Source of the DNA: an uncultured Actinomycetes bacterium
GTDB taxonomy: Bacteria; Actinomycetota; UBA4738; HRBIN12
Direction: 5' to 3'
DNA length: 64,000 bases
NCBI GenBank assembly: GCA_963704885.1
Contig: CAVPIB010000007.1
Coordinates: 128,001-192,000, forward strand
The translations under genes and the position numbers were made by a program. Below are positions 40,600-50,621 of the stretch, piece after piece (position 1 is the stretch's first letter; every line of letters begins with the position of its first letter). The notes under the pieces are model-generated. The model had not been told where the DNA came from. It did no database searches and saw only the letters and a program-made list of their open reading frames with translations.

Positions 40600-41610
40600 A
40601 TGGCGTACAAACGGATCTTGTTCGGTACCGACGGCTCTGCGGCTGCCCGGGCAGCCGGGGCAGTGGCCGCTGCGCTCGCGAAGGCGGGTGCCGCGCAGCT
40701 GATCGTCGCGTGCGCGTTCGACCGGCCGACGGATGCTGAGCGAACGGTCGGCGCGGCCGTCGAGCACGCCAAGGTGGCCGGCGTTCGTCGGGTCACCAGC
40801 GAGATCCGTGCGGGAGTGCCGGCCGATGTGCTGATCGCGCTGGCGGAGGAACATGACGTGGGTTTGGTCGTCGTCTCCGGGGGCAGCGGTCAGAAGTTCG
40901 GCCTTGGGCAGGTGGCGCACAGATTGGCGGTCAGGTCTACGCGCGACGTACTGCTCGTGGCGGGATCGGCGTCGCCGGACGGTTCCGAAGAGCCGGTCTA
41001 CCGCAGGGTCGCGATCGCCACCGACGGATCATCCACGGCCGATCGCGCGGCGCGGAAGGGGTTCGAGCTGGCCGAGACGCTCGGCGCGCCCGTCACGATC
41101 GTCTTCGTGGGTCATCCGAAGACCGGTGAGCTGATCTCTCAGGACACGATCGCCACATACGCAGGCGAGATCCCAACGGAAGTGATGCTCCGTGAAGGGG
41201 ACCCGTCGGCGCAGATCCTGGCCGCGGCCGACGAGGTGAACGCAGGCGTGATCATCGTCGGCAACAAAGGGATGACCGGCGCCAAGGGTTTCCTCCTAGG
41301 CTCGGTCCCGCACGAGGTCAGCGAGCGCTCCACGCGCGACGTGCTGATCGCGCGCACGGTGACCCAGGTGGTGTCCGAGCTCGGCCGCGGCGAAGGCGGC
41401 ATCATCGAACGAGCGAGCGAGAAGCTCGCGGTGAGCGTCGACGAGCGGGGCGAGCTCCACGTGATGAGCGCGCGCTGCACTCACATGGGGTGTACCGTCG
41501 CCTGGAACCCCGGGGAGCACACCTTCGACTGTCCGTGTCACGGTTCGCGGTTCGCTCCGACCGGCGAGGTCGTCAATGGTCCCGCCGCGCGCCCGCTGCC
41601 TCCGGCCTGA
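40600..41610 (+). CDS. tandem universal stress protein domains fused to a Rieske [2Fe-2S] domain
   Basis: YKRILFGTDGS and YRRVAIATDGS..VGNKG...LGSV USP repeats; CTHMGC and CPCHGS Rieske boxes. Confidence 0.88.
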   Translation: MAYKRILFGTDGSAAARAAGAVAAALAKAGAAQLIVACAFDRPTDAERTVGAAVEHAKVAGVRRVTSEIRAGVPADVLIALAEEHDVGLVVVSGGSGQKFGLGQVAHRLAVRSTRDVLLVAGSASPDGSEEPVYRRVAIATDGSSTADRAARKGFELAETLGAPVTIVFVGHPKTGELISQDTIATYAGEIPTEVMLREGDPSAQILAAADEVNAGVIIVGNKGMTGAKGFLLGSVPHEVSERSTRDVLIARTVTQVVSELGRGEGGIIERASEKLAVSVDERGELHVMSARCTHMGCTVAWNPGEHTFDCPCHGSRFAPTGEVVNGPAARPLPPA

Positions 41611-41663
41611 CGCGCGCCGCCGGGAGAAGATACTCGTCCCGCAGTGCCCGCAGGTCGCGGACC

Positions 41664-42134
41664 TCAGAACGGCTTGAACATCATGAGGTAGAGGATCACG
41701 AGCAGGCCGATACCGCCGATCGCGGTGATCATGTGAGCGTCACCCGAACGCAGCAGTTGTTCCAGCTCTTCGTCTGATACGCGCGGGACCCCGCTCGGAC
41801 GGACCTCGCACGCCGCCGTGATCTTGCGGAAGTAAGGGGAGGCCAACCCGGACATCAGTCCGATCGTGGTGAGCAGGATCACGATCGAGGTCCAGAGCCA
41901 CCAGGCGGTGAACAGGTTCAGCGTGACCCCCGCCCCGATCCCGCCGATCGTGAGGACGCCGAGCGCGATGTACATGGGGCGGGTTGTCGTTCCACTGAAC
42001 GCGATCAGCCCGGCGATCCGCTGCCGGTCGTGCTCGCCGCGCACCTTGTACAGCACGAACAGCGAGATGCCGTGGGCGCCGACGAACGCCAGCACCCCCA
42101 CGATGTGTAAGAACAGCCACCACTGCCATGCCAC
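41664..42134 (-). CDS. four-TM membrane protein (DUF2269-like)
   Basis: FLHIVG..HG start, WLW, YLMMFKPF end. Confidence 0.7.
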   Translation of the reverse strand: MAWQWWLFLHIVGVLAFVGAHGISLFVLYKVRGEHDRQRIAGLIAFSGTTTRPMYIALGVLTIGGIGAGVTLNLFTAWWLWTSIVILLTTIGLMSGLASPYFRKITAACEVRPSGVPRVSDEELEQLLRSGDAHMITAIGGIGLLVILYLMMFKPF

Positions 42135-42166
42135 GGCGTGGAAGATACCTGAGACGACGGGCCGCC

Positions 42167-42340
42167 TCAGCGAGTCTGCTGCCCGCGGTGGTGGTGGATC
42201 CGCAGGATGTGACCCTTGCGCCGGTCCCCCCGTCGTAGGTGCGAGCGGTTGGGGAGGACGCCCCACCGTTGCCCACGCGGGCGATCCGGGTCGTGGTACC
42301 CGAACCGGCGGATGAGCTCCGTAAGCGAGCGGGTCCTCAT
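42167..42340 (-). CDS. small basic hypothetical protein (57 aa)
   Basis: SD GGAGGTGA 5 nt before ATG; fills the gap between same-strand genes. Confidence 0.45.
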   Translation of the reverse strand: MRTRSLTELIRRFGYHDPDRPRGQRWGVLPNRSHLRRGDRRKGHILRIHHHRGQQTR

Positions 42341-42419
42341 GAGCTTCACCTCCATCTTTGACGGTAGCCGACCCCGCGCGGCGCAGCCGGTGCCGGAGGT
42401 CCCTGCCATCTGGGGTCGC

Positions 42420-43268
42420 TCAGCCGCGTTCGAGCGGCCGCGTGAGACAGGTCGGTCCCCCGTCGCCCTTGCGGGAGATCTCATCACCTCGGTAGGACCG
42501 CACATCCACCCCGGCCGCCTCCATGCGTCGCCGGGTCTGCGGGTTGCCCTCCAACGCCAACGCGATCCGCGGCCCGAGCGCCAGGACGTTCGGGCCCATG
42601 GAATCGAATTCCTGATCTGGCACCTCGATCAGCCGGACGCCGCGATCTCTGAGTAGATCCAGCAGTCGAACCGGCATCATAGGCGGGTAGGCGACGGCCA
42701 GATCCACATCGAGCGGTGAGATGAACGACATCAGATGCAGGCACTCGTTGGGACCGTGGAAGTGCGGCAGGTCGAAGTCTACGACCGCCACATCGGGACC
42801 GAGCATCTCGCGGAGCTGGGTGATGCCGGCATCGTTCGTGCGATAGCCGCGACCCACCAGCAGCGTCGAGGCGTCGAGCCAGAACATGTCGCCCCCTTCG
42901 GCGATCCCGGGAGGGGTGAGGCGAGCCCTGATCGGGATCCCGGCGGCGGTTAGGTCGGCCTCGAAAGCGGCCGGCTCCCCGCGGCGCCCCTCCTTCCCGG
43001 GGCGCAGGGAGATGGCTCCCGCGTCGGTCATCAAGATGGGGTCGTAGGCGTAGATCGCGTCGGGATCGCCCACGGTAGGCGTCCGGCCGACGACCACCGT
43101 GGCGCCCGATCCCTCCAGCTGGGCACGGAACGCTGCGTGCTCGTCGGCGGCCCGGGCCGGGTCCGGGGCATCGTGCCAGCCGTAGGTCTTCCAGGCGAGC
43201 AGATCGTCTCGGTTGGGCTCGCGGACCAGCACGCGGGTGAGGGAGGACGTCTGATCTTGGATCGGCAC
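42420..43268 (-). CDS. dimethylarginine dimethylaminohydrolase / amidinotransferase family
   Basis: DAIYAYDP, GRRGE, EGGD, GYRTN, CLHLMS, GGPTCLT catalytic Cys. Confidence 0.9.
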   Translation of the reverse strand: MPIQDQTSSLTRVLVREPNRDDLLAWKTYGWHDAPDPARAADEHAAFRAQLEGSGATVVVGRTPTVGDPDAIYAYDPILMTDAGAISLRPGKEGRRGEPAAFEADLTAAGIPIRARLTPPGIAEGGDMFWLDASTLLVGRGYRTNDAGITQLREMLGPDVAVVDFDLPHFHGPNECLHLMSFISPLDVDLAVAYPPMMPVRLLDLLRDRGVRLIEVPDQEFDSMGPNVLALGPRIALALEGNPQTRRRMEAAGVDVRSYRGDEISRKGDGGPTCLTRPLERG

Positions 43269-43295
43269 GTCGACAGTATGGTCAACGCGGGGGCG

Positions 43296-43874
43296 TCACG
43301 GCTGCGGTTCGCGCTCTATCACGGGCGTAACCGGCAGTATCAGGATCGGGGCGGGATCCCGATCGACCACGATGGGCTCATCTCCCCGCACGCCCCGCCG
43401 CGCCACGCCGGGCCCCGGGAGGACGTCTCCCATCCCCGCGCTCGGACGCTGGTGCCCGGACGGAGCCGTCCGCACGGGGAGCTTCCTGATGGCGGCGGTC
43501 GTCGGCTCGGGGTCGGGGATCCCGCAGGCGAGCTGCACGGCGGGGCCGAGCTCCCGGAGTACCTCCGTCGGATCCACGGTCGCGTCACCGTTGATCGGGT
43601 GTACGTCCGGCGGCCAGACCAGGACGATCTTGGCTTCGGGCCGCATCTCACGGGCGATCACGATCGCCGTCGTACCGATGGCATCGTCCAACACCACGGC
43701 GTCGGGTCGATGGACCGAGAGCGCCTGAACGAGTTCTACGGTCGTCGCCGCATCGCTCAACACCAGGAAGCCCTCGCCCTCGAGGACGAATCGGAGCAAG
43801 CCTCGGCGCATCGGATGTCCTTCGCCGACGACCACGCCGATGCGCGGACGCTCAGGGATTGCGTCCCGTTCCAC
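43296..43874 (-). CDS. atypical receiver-like domain protein with Pro-rich tail
   Basis: VVVGEG..RRGLLRFVLEGEG..HRPDAVVLDD; paralogue of the next gene. Confidence 0.65.
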   Translation of the reverse strand: MERDAIPERPRIGVVVGEGHPMRRGLLRFVLEGEGFLVLSDAATTVELVQALSVHRPDAVVLDDAIGTTAIVIAREMRPEAKIVLVWPPDVHPINGDATVDPTEVLRELGPAVQLACGIPDPEPTTAAIRKLPVRTAPSGHQRPSAGMGDVLPGPGVARRGVRGDEPIVVDRDPAPILILPVTPVIEREPQP

Positions 43875-43989
43875 GGCTCGGAGCCTACTCCAGCGTCCCG
43901 GAACGGGCGACGGACCAAGGAACGAGTGGGTGGCCGGGGGACCTAGGGCGAACGGCGATCTCGCTGGTCAACGCGTTCACCGACGCGCA

Positions 43990-45138
43990 TCAGATCGGCG
44001 TGTGATGGATCAAGAAGCGTCCGCTGCCAGAGATCTTCACTACACCCTCGCTCCGTCCTACCAGGGACCCCTGGATGCGCAGTTGCACCCGGCCGTCCTC
44101 GACGGTGATGCGGATCGTGCCGTTGCCACGCACCCGAACCGCGCGCGAGGAGATGTCCTTCACCACGCCGTCACCGCGCACCTTCACGTCACCGTATGCG
44201 ATCAGATGGACGAGCCCGTCCAGACGGAGTCGGGTGTTACCTGTCGCCGCCAGGCGCAGCGTGCCGTCGGCCTGCATCCGAACCATACCCACGAAGGTGC
44301 CCGGCTGATCGGTGACGCCGCCAGTGCCGGTGTCCCCCCCATCGTCGGGGAGCTCGAACTCGCCCACCGTTCCGGAGATGCTCCGCAGGACCACGACTCG
44401 GTCGTTCAGCGCGACGGTGCCGAGAGCGATCGCCAACACGGCGACCAACACGGCGAGCACAGCGATGATCCCCCGAAGCCGGTGTCTGTCGGGACTCGTG
44501 TTCTGGCCGGAGGCGGAGTACGTCCAGGAGGGGGCCTCCAGGGGAGTCGGCTCCATCACGACGTCAGAGAGTGCCTCCGGCACAACGATGATGGGCACGT
44601 CCTCGACGCGCGGGGCCTCCACGGCCACGGTCGCCGTGGAGGGTTGCTCCTGGGGTGCGGCGCCCGTGGGGGAGGCGGCAGCCGTCGCGGCGCCCTTTCC
44701 GGCTGCGTCGCCCGCGAGGGATGTCTCCGGCTCCGGCTCCGGCACGACGATCACGTCGGGTACCGGCAACCTCGGCCTGAGGGGCGGGATCGATACCCCG
44801 CCGCGCCGAACCCGCTCCACCGTGGAGCCGAGCGAGGTCATGACCTCGGATGGCTCCAGCCTCGCGTCGGCCCCTATCGCTGCGACACCGCGTGGCCAGA
44901 CCAGGACCACCTTCGCCGAGGGCAGGACCTCGCGCATCATGCCCACGGCGCTCGCATCGATCCCGTCGTCCAGCACCACGACGTCGGGCCGGTGGACCGC
45001 CAGCTGCTGCGCGAGCTCGAGCGTGGACCGTGCCTCGGCTACCACGTCGTAGCCCTCGTTCTCGAGGACGAAACGAAGCAAGCCCTTCCTGGCCGATCGG
45101 CCTTCGCCGACCAACACGCGTACGCGGCGCTCGCTCAT
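43990..45138 (-). CDS. atypical receiver domain + Pro-rich linker + TM + C-terminal beta-rich domain
   Basis: MSERRVRVLVGEG..GLLRFVLENEG..HRPDVVVLDD; IIAVLAVLVAVLAIALG TM. Confidence 0.7.
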   Translation of the reverse strand: MSERRVRVLVGEGRSARKGLLRFVLENEGYDVVAEARSTLELAQQLAVHRPDVVVLDDGIDASAVGMMREVLPSAKVVLVWPRGVAAIGADARLEPSEVMTSLGSTVERVRRGGVSIPPLRPRLPVPDVIVVPEPEPETSLAGDAAGKGAATAAASPTGAAPQEQPSTATVAVEAPRVEDVPIIVVPEALSDVVMEPTPLEAPSWTYSASGQNTSPDRHRLRGIIAVLAVLVAVLAIALGTVALNDRVVVLRSISGTVGEFELPDDGGDTGTGGVTDQPGTFVGMVRMQADGTLRLAATGNTRLRLDGLVHLIAYGDVKVRGDGVVKDISSRAVRVRGNGTIRITVEDGRVQLRIQGSLVGRSEGVVKISGSGRFLIHHTPI

Positions 45139-45234
45139 GTCCGTCGGCCAGCCTACTTCCGCGCCCCAGGCGGAACGACGGACGAAAGTCGCGAGGCACT
45201 GCCGAACGTCGGGGGTCGATAGACTGCCCCTGAC

Positions 45235-45642
45235 GTGGGAGAACAGCGATTGATCTGGAGCGGAACGGGGCTCCAGTTCGAAGGCGTCACCAGCTACGGT
45301 GAGCCCGTCCTCGTCGGCGGTGATGACGAAGGACCGGGAGCCAAGCCCTCGGACCTCATGCCGGTATCGCTGGCTGCCTGCACCGCCTACGACGTCGTCG
45401 TGATCCTCCGCAAGCAACGTCAGGACCTGCGTGGGCTGGAGGTCCAGATCACCACCGTTCAGGACCCCGATCCCCCGTGGACCTTCCGGTCCATCCATTG
45501 CCACTTCGTCCTGACGGGAGCGGTCGACCACGCCAAAGCGGGGCGGGCCATCGAGCTGGCCGAATCTAAGTACTGCGCCGTGGCGGCCACGCTTCGTTCG
45601 AGCGTCGAGATCTCGCACTCGCACGAAGTGGTTCTCGCCTGA
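45235..45642 (+). CDS. OsmC family protein
   Basis: P.DL...LAACTAYD, AESKYCAV. Confidence 0.9.
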   Translation: MGEQRLIWSGTGLQFEGVTSYGEPVLVGGDDEGPGAKPSDLMPVSLAACTAYDVVVILRKQRQDLRGLEVQITTVQDPDPPWTFRSIHCHFVLTGAVDHAKAGRAIELAESKYCAVAATLRSSVEISHSHEVVLA

Positions 45643-45727
45643 AGTGCCAGACCCACGACGGTAACGCAGTCGGTAGCCCCAGACGTCTGGCAGAATGGCG
45701 GCCTTAGGCCATCGACGCAGAGGCTAC

Positions 45728-48700
45728 GTGTCGAACGCGGCAGAACACGCAGAGGCGACAGACTCCACCACGCGCGCGGGCGACCGACGCGCCGCCCAAG
45801 CGACCTCCGAGGGCCGGCCCTCCCTGGCGCCGGTACTCGCGCTGATCGAGGAGCGAACCCCGGTCGAGCGGAGGGACGTCGTCACGGCGTTCGCCAAGGC
45901 ATACCTGCGAAGGCTGGGTGACGACGAGATAGACGCCGCTCCACCCGAGCAGTTCTTCGGCCTTATCCGATCAACGTTCGACTTCGTGGACTCCCGCGGG
46001 TCGCAGTCATCGGTGGTTCGCGTCTTCAACCCCGACCCCGCGACCGATGGGTTCGAATGCCCAACCACGGTGCTCGAATCGAACGTGGACGACTCGCCGT
46101 TCCTGGTGGACTCCGTGAGGGAGGAGCTGACGGCGCGCTCCATAGCCGTGCGCCGGGTACTTCACCCGGTGATCGGAACGTCTCGCGACGAGGACGGGCG
46201 GCTGGAGCGCATCTCGTCGGCGCGCGACGCCTCACGTCGAGAGTCCGTCATGCACTTCGAGCTCGACCGTCGCCTCGCCGGCGACGAGCGAGCCGACCTG
46301 CAGGATCGCGTCCAGACGATCTTGCGCGACGTGCATCTGGTCGTGCGCGACTTCGAGCCCATGCAGGATCGCGCGCACCACATGCTGGACATGGCGAGGC
46401 AGGCCGCCGTCCGTTACTCCCCTCAGGAGGTCGGCGAGACGGTGGACTTCCTGAACTGGCTGCTAGAGCTGAACTTCGTATTCCTGGGGTATCGCGACTA
46501 CGAGCTTGTGGACACACCGGATGGGCGTGCCATCCATGTGGTGCCCGGCAGCGGGCTGGGGATCCTGTCCGACGTGGGGCGGTCCACCTTCGCCGAGATG
46601 ACACCGCTCGATTCGTTGGAGCTCAGCCTGCGTCGTCGCATCGAGGATGGCGACCTGCTCGTCTTCTCCAAGACCAACGCCTACTCCACCGTGCACCGAC
46701 GGGCGCGGATGGACTACATCGGGGTTCGCCGTGTGAACGCGGAGGGCGAGATCGTGGGCGAGGCTCGGATGATCGGCCTGTTCACCTCGAAGGCCTACAT
46801 GGAGCCGGCTGCCAAGACCCCACTCCTGCACCACAAGCTGGAGCAGGTCCTCACCGCGGAAGACATGATCCCCGGATCGCACGACTACAAGGCCGCCACG
46901 GCCCTCTTCGAGTCCTTCCCGAAGGACGAACTGTTCCAGGCGTCGGCGAGTGAGCTCCGGAGGCTCATCACCGGGCTGCTGCAGCTCGAACGCCATGGTG
47001 GCATCCGCGTGTTGGTCCGTCGAGACCTGTACGGCAGGAGCGTCTCCATAGTGGTGGCGCTACCTCGCGACCGCTTCAACGCCGATCTGCGCAAGAGCCT
47101 CCAGAAGCTCTTCGTGGAGCGCTTCCATGGTTCGACGGTCGACTACCACTTGTCGCTGGGTGAAACCGAGAGCGCGAAGATCTTCTTCACCGTCCACGTC
47201 GATCCCGGCGTGCAGATCCCCGAAGTGCCTTACGAGACGCTCGAGGAGGAGGTCGAACGTCTCGCCCGCACATGGGACGACGATCTCCATGACGCTCTGG
47301 TCGATCGGGTCGGTGCCCAACGAGGCGCCGCTCTCGCCGAGGCGTACGCACCCCGCTTCCCCGACTACTTCAAGTCGAACCGGGACTGGACGCTGATCGT
47401 CGACGATGTGTTGTGCCTCGATGAGCTGGAGCGAGGTACGGAGGGGTTCCTGGTCGGGCTCGGCAACGAGTCCGCAGGCGAGCGCCTCACCCGCGTCAAG
47501 CTCTACAAGACGGGTGGCAAGGTCGACCTCTCGGCGTTCATGCCCATCCTGGAGGCGCTCGGCCTGCGCGTGGTCGAGGAGGTCCCTACCGGACTCCTGG
47601 GCGAAGGCAAGGCCTACATCCACGACTTCGGCGTGTTGGACTCCCGTGGCGCCGTGCTCGACCTGGAGCACAGCTCGGATCGGGTCGAAGAGTGCATCAG
47701 CGCGGTGTGGCGGGGCCGTGCCGAATCGGATCCCCTCAACCGGCTGGTGGTTTCCGGTGGCCTCACATGGAAGCAGGTGGGCGTCCTGCGGGCCTATCGC
47801 AAGTACCGCCAGCGCATCTCGCCGCAGTTCACCGAGGAGTATCGCAACGACGCGCTAGCCGAGAACGCGACGATAGCCGCCAAGCTCGTGTCCTACTTCG
47901 AGGCCCGATTCGACCCCGATCGCGGGTCGACCGAGGAGGAGCTCGAGGCGATCCGGCGTGACATCGTGAACGATCTCCGTCAGGTAACGTCGCTCGACCA
48001 GGACCAGATCCTGCGTCATATGCTCGGGACCATCCGGGCCACCGTTCGAACGAACGCCTACCTACCCGGTCGTTCGACCCTCTCGTTCAAGCTCCGGTCG
48101 GCCGAGGTGCCGGACATGGTCAAGCCGTTCCCGCTCTTCGAGATCTTCGTGTACTCCGCCGAGATGGAAGCGATCCACCTCCGTGGCGGCTCGGTCGCGC
48201 GAGGGGGCATCCGCTGGTCCGACCGTAGGGAGGACTATCGGACCGAGGTACTGGGTCTGATGAAGGCTCAGAAGGTGAAGAACGCGGTGATCGTGCCCGA
48301 CGGTTCTAAGGGCGGTTTCATCCTGAAGCGCAGCCCTGCCACGCCCGACCTGTTGAGGGCGGAAGTGACGAAGCAGTACATCGCCTTCATCCGGGGCCTG
48401 CTCGATATCACGGACAACCTCGAGCAGGGGAAGATCGTGCATCCCGATCGGGTCCGGGTCCTGGACGACGACGACCCCTACCTGGTGGTGGCTGCGGACA
48501 AAGGAACGGCGACGTTCTCCGACACAGCCAACAGCGTGTCGGCCGAGTACGGGTTCTGGTTGGGCGATGCCTTCGCGTCCGGCGGCAGCGCGGGGTTCGA
48601 CCACAAGGGATTGGGCATCACGGCCCGCGGCGCATGGGAGTCCGTGAAGCGGCACTTCCGCGAGCTGGGTATCGACGTCATGTCGACGCCGTTCGCCGTG

Positions 48701-50593
48701 ATCGGCATCGGTGACATGTCGGGCGACGTCTTCGGCAACGGGATGTTGCTCTCGCCGTTCATCAAGCTGGTCGCCGCGTTCGATCATCGGCACGTGTTCG
48801 TGGATCCAGATCCCGACGTGACGGTCAGTTTCGAGGAACGCCGCCGCCTGTTCGCCATGTCCGGCTCATCTTGGGACGACTACGACCGCACCAAGATCTC
48901 GCCCACGGGGGCGGTGTTCGACCGCAAGGCCAAGAGCGTCACCCCGTCGCCTCAGGTCCGCGCGGTCCTGGGCATCTCCGACGAGGCGCCGGAGGAGATG
49001 ACGCCGAACGAGCTCATCAAGGCGATCCTGAAGGCACCCGTCGACCTGCTCTGGAACGGCGGGATCGGTACGTATATGAAGTCCTCCGGGGAGTCGAACT
49101 CCGACGCCGGCGACCGCACCAACGACCGCGTCCGTGTCAACGGGAACGAGGTCCGGGCCCGGGTGGTGGGGGAGGGCGGCAACCTGGGGTGTACTCAGCT
49201 CGGCCGGATCGAATACGCCCTCTCGGGCGGCCGGATCAACACAGACTTCATCGACAACTCCGCCGGCGTCGACACATCCGACCACGAGGTGAACTGGAAG
49301 ATCCTCCTCGGTCTCGCCGTGAGCCGTGGCGAACTTACCTGGGAGGGACGCAACGAGCTGTTGGAAGCGTGCGCCGGCGACGTGGTCGCGCACGTCCTTT
49401 ACGACAACTACCTTCAGGCGCAGATCCTGTCGCAGGAGATGGAGTTCTCGGCTTCGCGGATCGACGCGTACGAGGGACTGATGCAGCAGCTGGTCGTCGA
49501 CGGCGAGCTGGAGCGAGACGTGGAGTTCCTGCCCACGTCCGAAGAGATGCTCGAGCGTCGAGCGAACAAGCAAGGGATGGTGCGGCCGGAGCTGGCGGTC
49601 CTGCTCGCGTACGCGAAGCGCTCGATAGTCAAGGCGCTGCTCGCGTCGGACCTGCCTGACTCCGAGTACCTGCAGCAGGATGATCTTCAACGCTATTTCC
49701 CCCCGGCGATCGTGGATCGGTTCGGCCACCTGATCGCCGAGCATCCGCTCAAGCGCGAGCTGGTTGCCACCATCGTCGCGAACGACGTCGTCAACTCGTC
49801 GGGCATCACCTTCGTGTCGCGCATGGTGCGGGAGACGGGCTCACGCCCGGCCGATGTCGTCCGCGCCTATCGGATCGCGCGGGACGTGACGGGGGCTGTT
49901 CAAAGGTGGGAAGCGATCGAGGCGCTTGACGTCTCGATCGCCCCGAACGTCCAGAGTGAGCTCATGAACGGGGTGGACTACCTGGTCGAGACGGCCTCGC
50001 GCTGGTACCTGGCCCAGTCCCACGGCCAGCGTCTTTGGGATGCGATCGCCGGCCAACGGACGTCGTTCGCTGAGCTCTCGTCCTTGATCGGACGTATCGG
50101 ACCCGACGCGTGGCGTGAAGAACACGAAGAGCGGGTCCAGGGGATGACGTCTGAGGGCGTTCCGGAGGAGATCGCGCGACGCCATGCGTTCCAAGGCGAG
50201 CTGGTACACGGCCCCGACATCATCGCGGTGGCCCACGCGACCGGCTGGGAGGTGCTCGAGGTCGCACGCGCGTTCTTCGTGGTGGGCGAACGGGTGGGTC
50301 TGGATTGGCTCGAGCATCAGCTGGAGGCCCTGCCGGTTGGCACGCACTGGCAGCGATGGGCCGCGCAGTCCATGGAGGACGATCTGTTCTTGGTCCGACG
50401 TCAGTTGGTCGAACGCGTGATCGCCGAGGGTCCGAAGGTCACGGTCGACGAAGCGACCACAGCGTTCTTCGCGCAGCGGGTCGAGGCGGAGGATCGACTC
50501 CAAGGGTTCATGCAGAACCTGTCGGTGGAAGGCGTGACCGACCTGACGCAGTTCACGGTTGCCCTGAGACAGATCCGCGCGCTCGCCGGCTAG
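45728..50593 (+). CDS. gdhB: large NAD-specific glutamate dehydrogenase (start uncertain)
   Basis: ARGGIRWSDRREDYRTEVLGL.KAQ.VKN, YLVVAADKGTATFSD, GIGDMSGDVFGNG, NTDFIDNSAGVD; about 1620 aa. Confidence 0.96.
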   Translation: MSNAAEHAEATDSTTRAGDRRAAQATSEGRPSLAPVLALIEERTPVERRDVVTAFAKAYLRRLGDDEIDAAPPEQFFGLIRSTFDFVDSRGSQSSVVRVFNPDPATDGFECPTTVLESNVDDSPFLVDSVREELTARSIAVRRVLHPVIGTSRDEDGRLERISSARDASRRESVMHFELDRRLAGDERADLQDRVQTILRDVHLVVRDFEPMQDRAHHMLDMARQAAVRYSPQEVGETVDFLNWLLELNFVFLGYRDYELVDTPDGRAIHVVPGSGLGILSDVGRSTFAEMTPLDSLELSLRRRIEDGDLLVFSKTNAYSTVHRRARMDYIGVRRVNAEGEIVGEARMIGLFTSKAYMEPAAKTPLLHHKLEQVLTAEDMIPGSHDYKAATALFESFPKDELFQASASELRRLITGLLQLERHGGIRVLVRRDLYGRSVSIVVALPRDRFNADLRKSLQKLFVERFHGSTVDYHLSLGETESAKIFFTVHVDPGVQIPEVPYETLEEEVERLARTWDDDLHDALVDRVGAQRGAALAEAYAPRFPDYFKSNRDWTLIVDDVLCLDELERGTEGFLVGLGNESAGERLTRVKLYKTGGKVDLSAFMPILEALGLRVVEEVPTGLLGEGKAYIHDFGVLDSRGAVLDLEHSSDRVEECISAVWRGRAESDPLNRLVVSGGLTWKQVGVLRAYRKYRQRISPQFTEEYRNDALAENATIAAKLVSYFEARFDPDRGSTEEELEAIRRDIVNDLRQVTSLDQDQILRHMLGTIRATVRTNAYLPGRSTLSFKLRSAEVPDMVKPFPLFEIFVYSAEMEAIHLRGGSVARGGIRWSDRREDYRTEVLGLMKAQKVKNAVIVPDGSKGGFILKRSPATPDLLRAEVTKQYIAFIRGLLDITDNLEQGKIVHPDRVRVLDDDDPYLVVAADKGTATFSDTANSVSAEYGFWLGDAFASGGSAGFDHKGLGITARGAWESVKRHFRELGIDVMSTPFAVIGIGDMSGDVFGNGMLLSPFIKLVAAFDHRHVFVDPDPDVTVSFEERRRLFAMSGSSWDDYDRTKISPTGAVFDRKAKSVTPSPQVRAVLGISDEAPEEMTPNELIKAILKAPVDLLWNGGIGTYMKSSGESNSDAGDRTNDRVRVNGNEVRARVVGEGGNLGCTQLGRIEYALSGGRINTDFIDNSAGVDTSDHEVNWKILLGLAVSRGELTWEGRNELLEACAGDVVAHVLYDNYLQAQILSQEMEFSASRIDAYEGLMQQLVVDGELERDVEFLPTSEEMLERRANKQGMVRPELAVLLAYAKRSIVKALLASDLPDSEYLQQDDLQRYFPPAIVDRFGHLIAEHPLKRELVATIVANDVVNSSGITFVSRMVRETGSRPADVVRAYRIARDVTGAVQRWEAIEALDVSIAPNVQSELMNGVDYLVETASRWYLAQSHGQRLWDAIAGQRTSFAELSSLIGRIGPDAWREEHEERVQGMTSEGVPEEIARRHAFQGELVHGPDIIAVAHATGWEVLEVARAFFVVGERVGLDWLEHQLEALPVGTHWQRWAAQSMEDDLFLVRRQLVERVIAEGPKVTVDEATTAFFAQRVEAEDRLQGFMQNLSVEGVTDLTQFTVALRQIRALAG

Positions 50594-50621
50594 CGGCTAG
50601 GGAGCGACCGGCGACCGAGTC

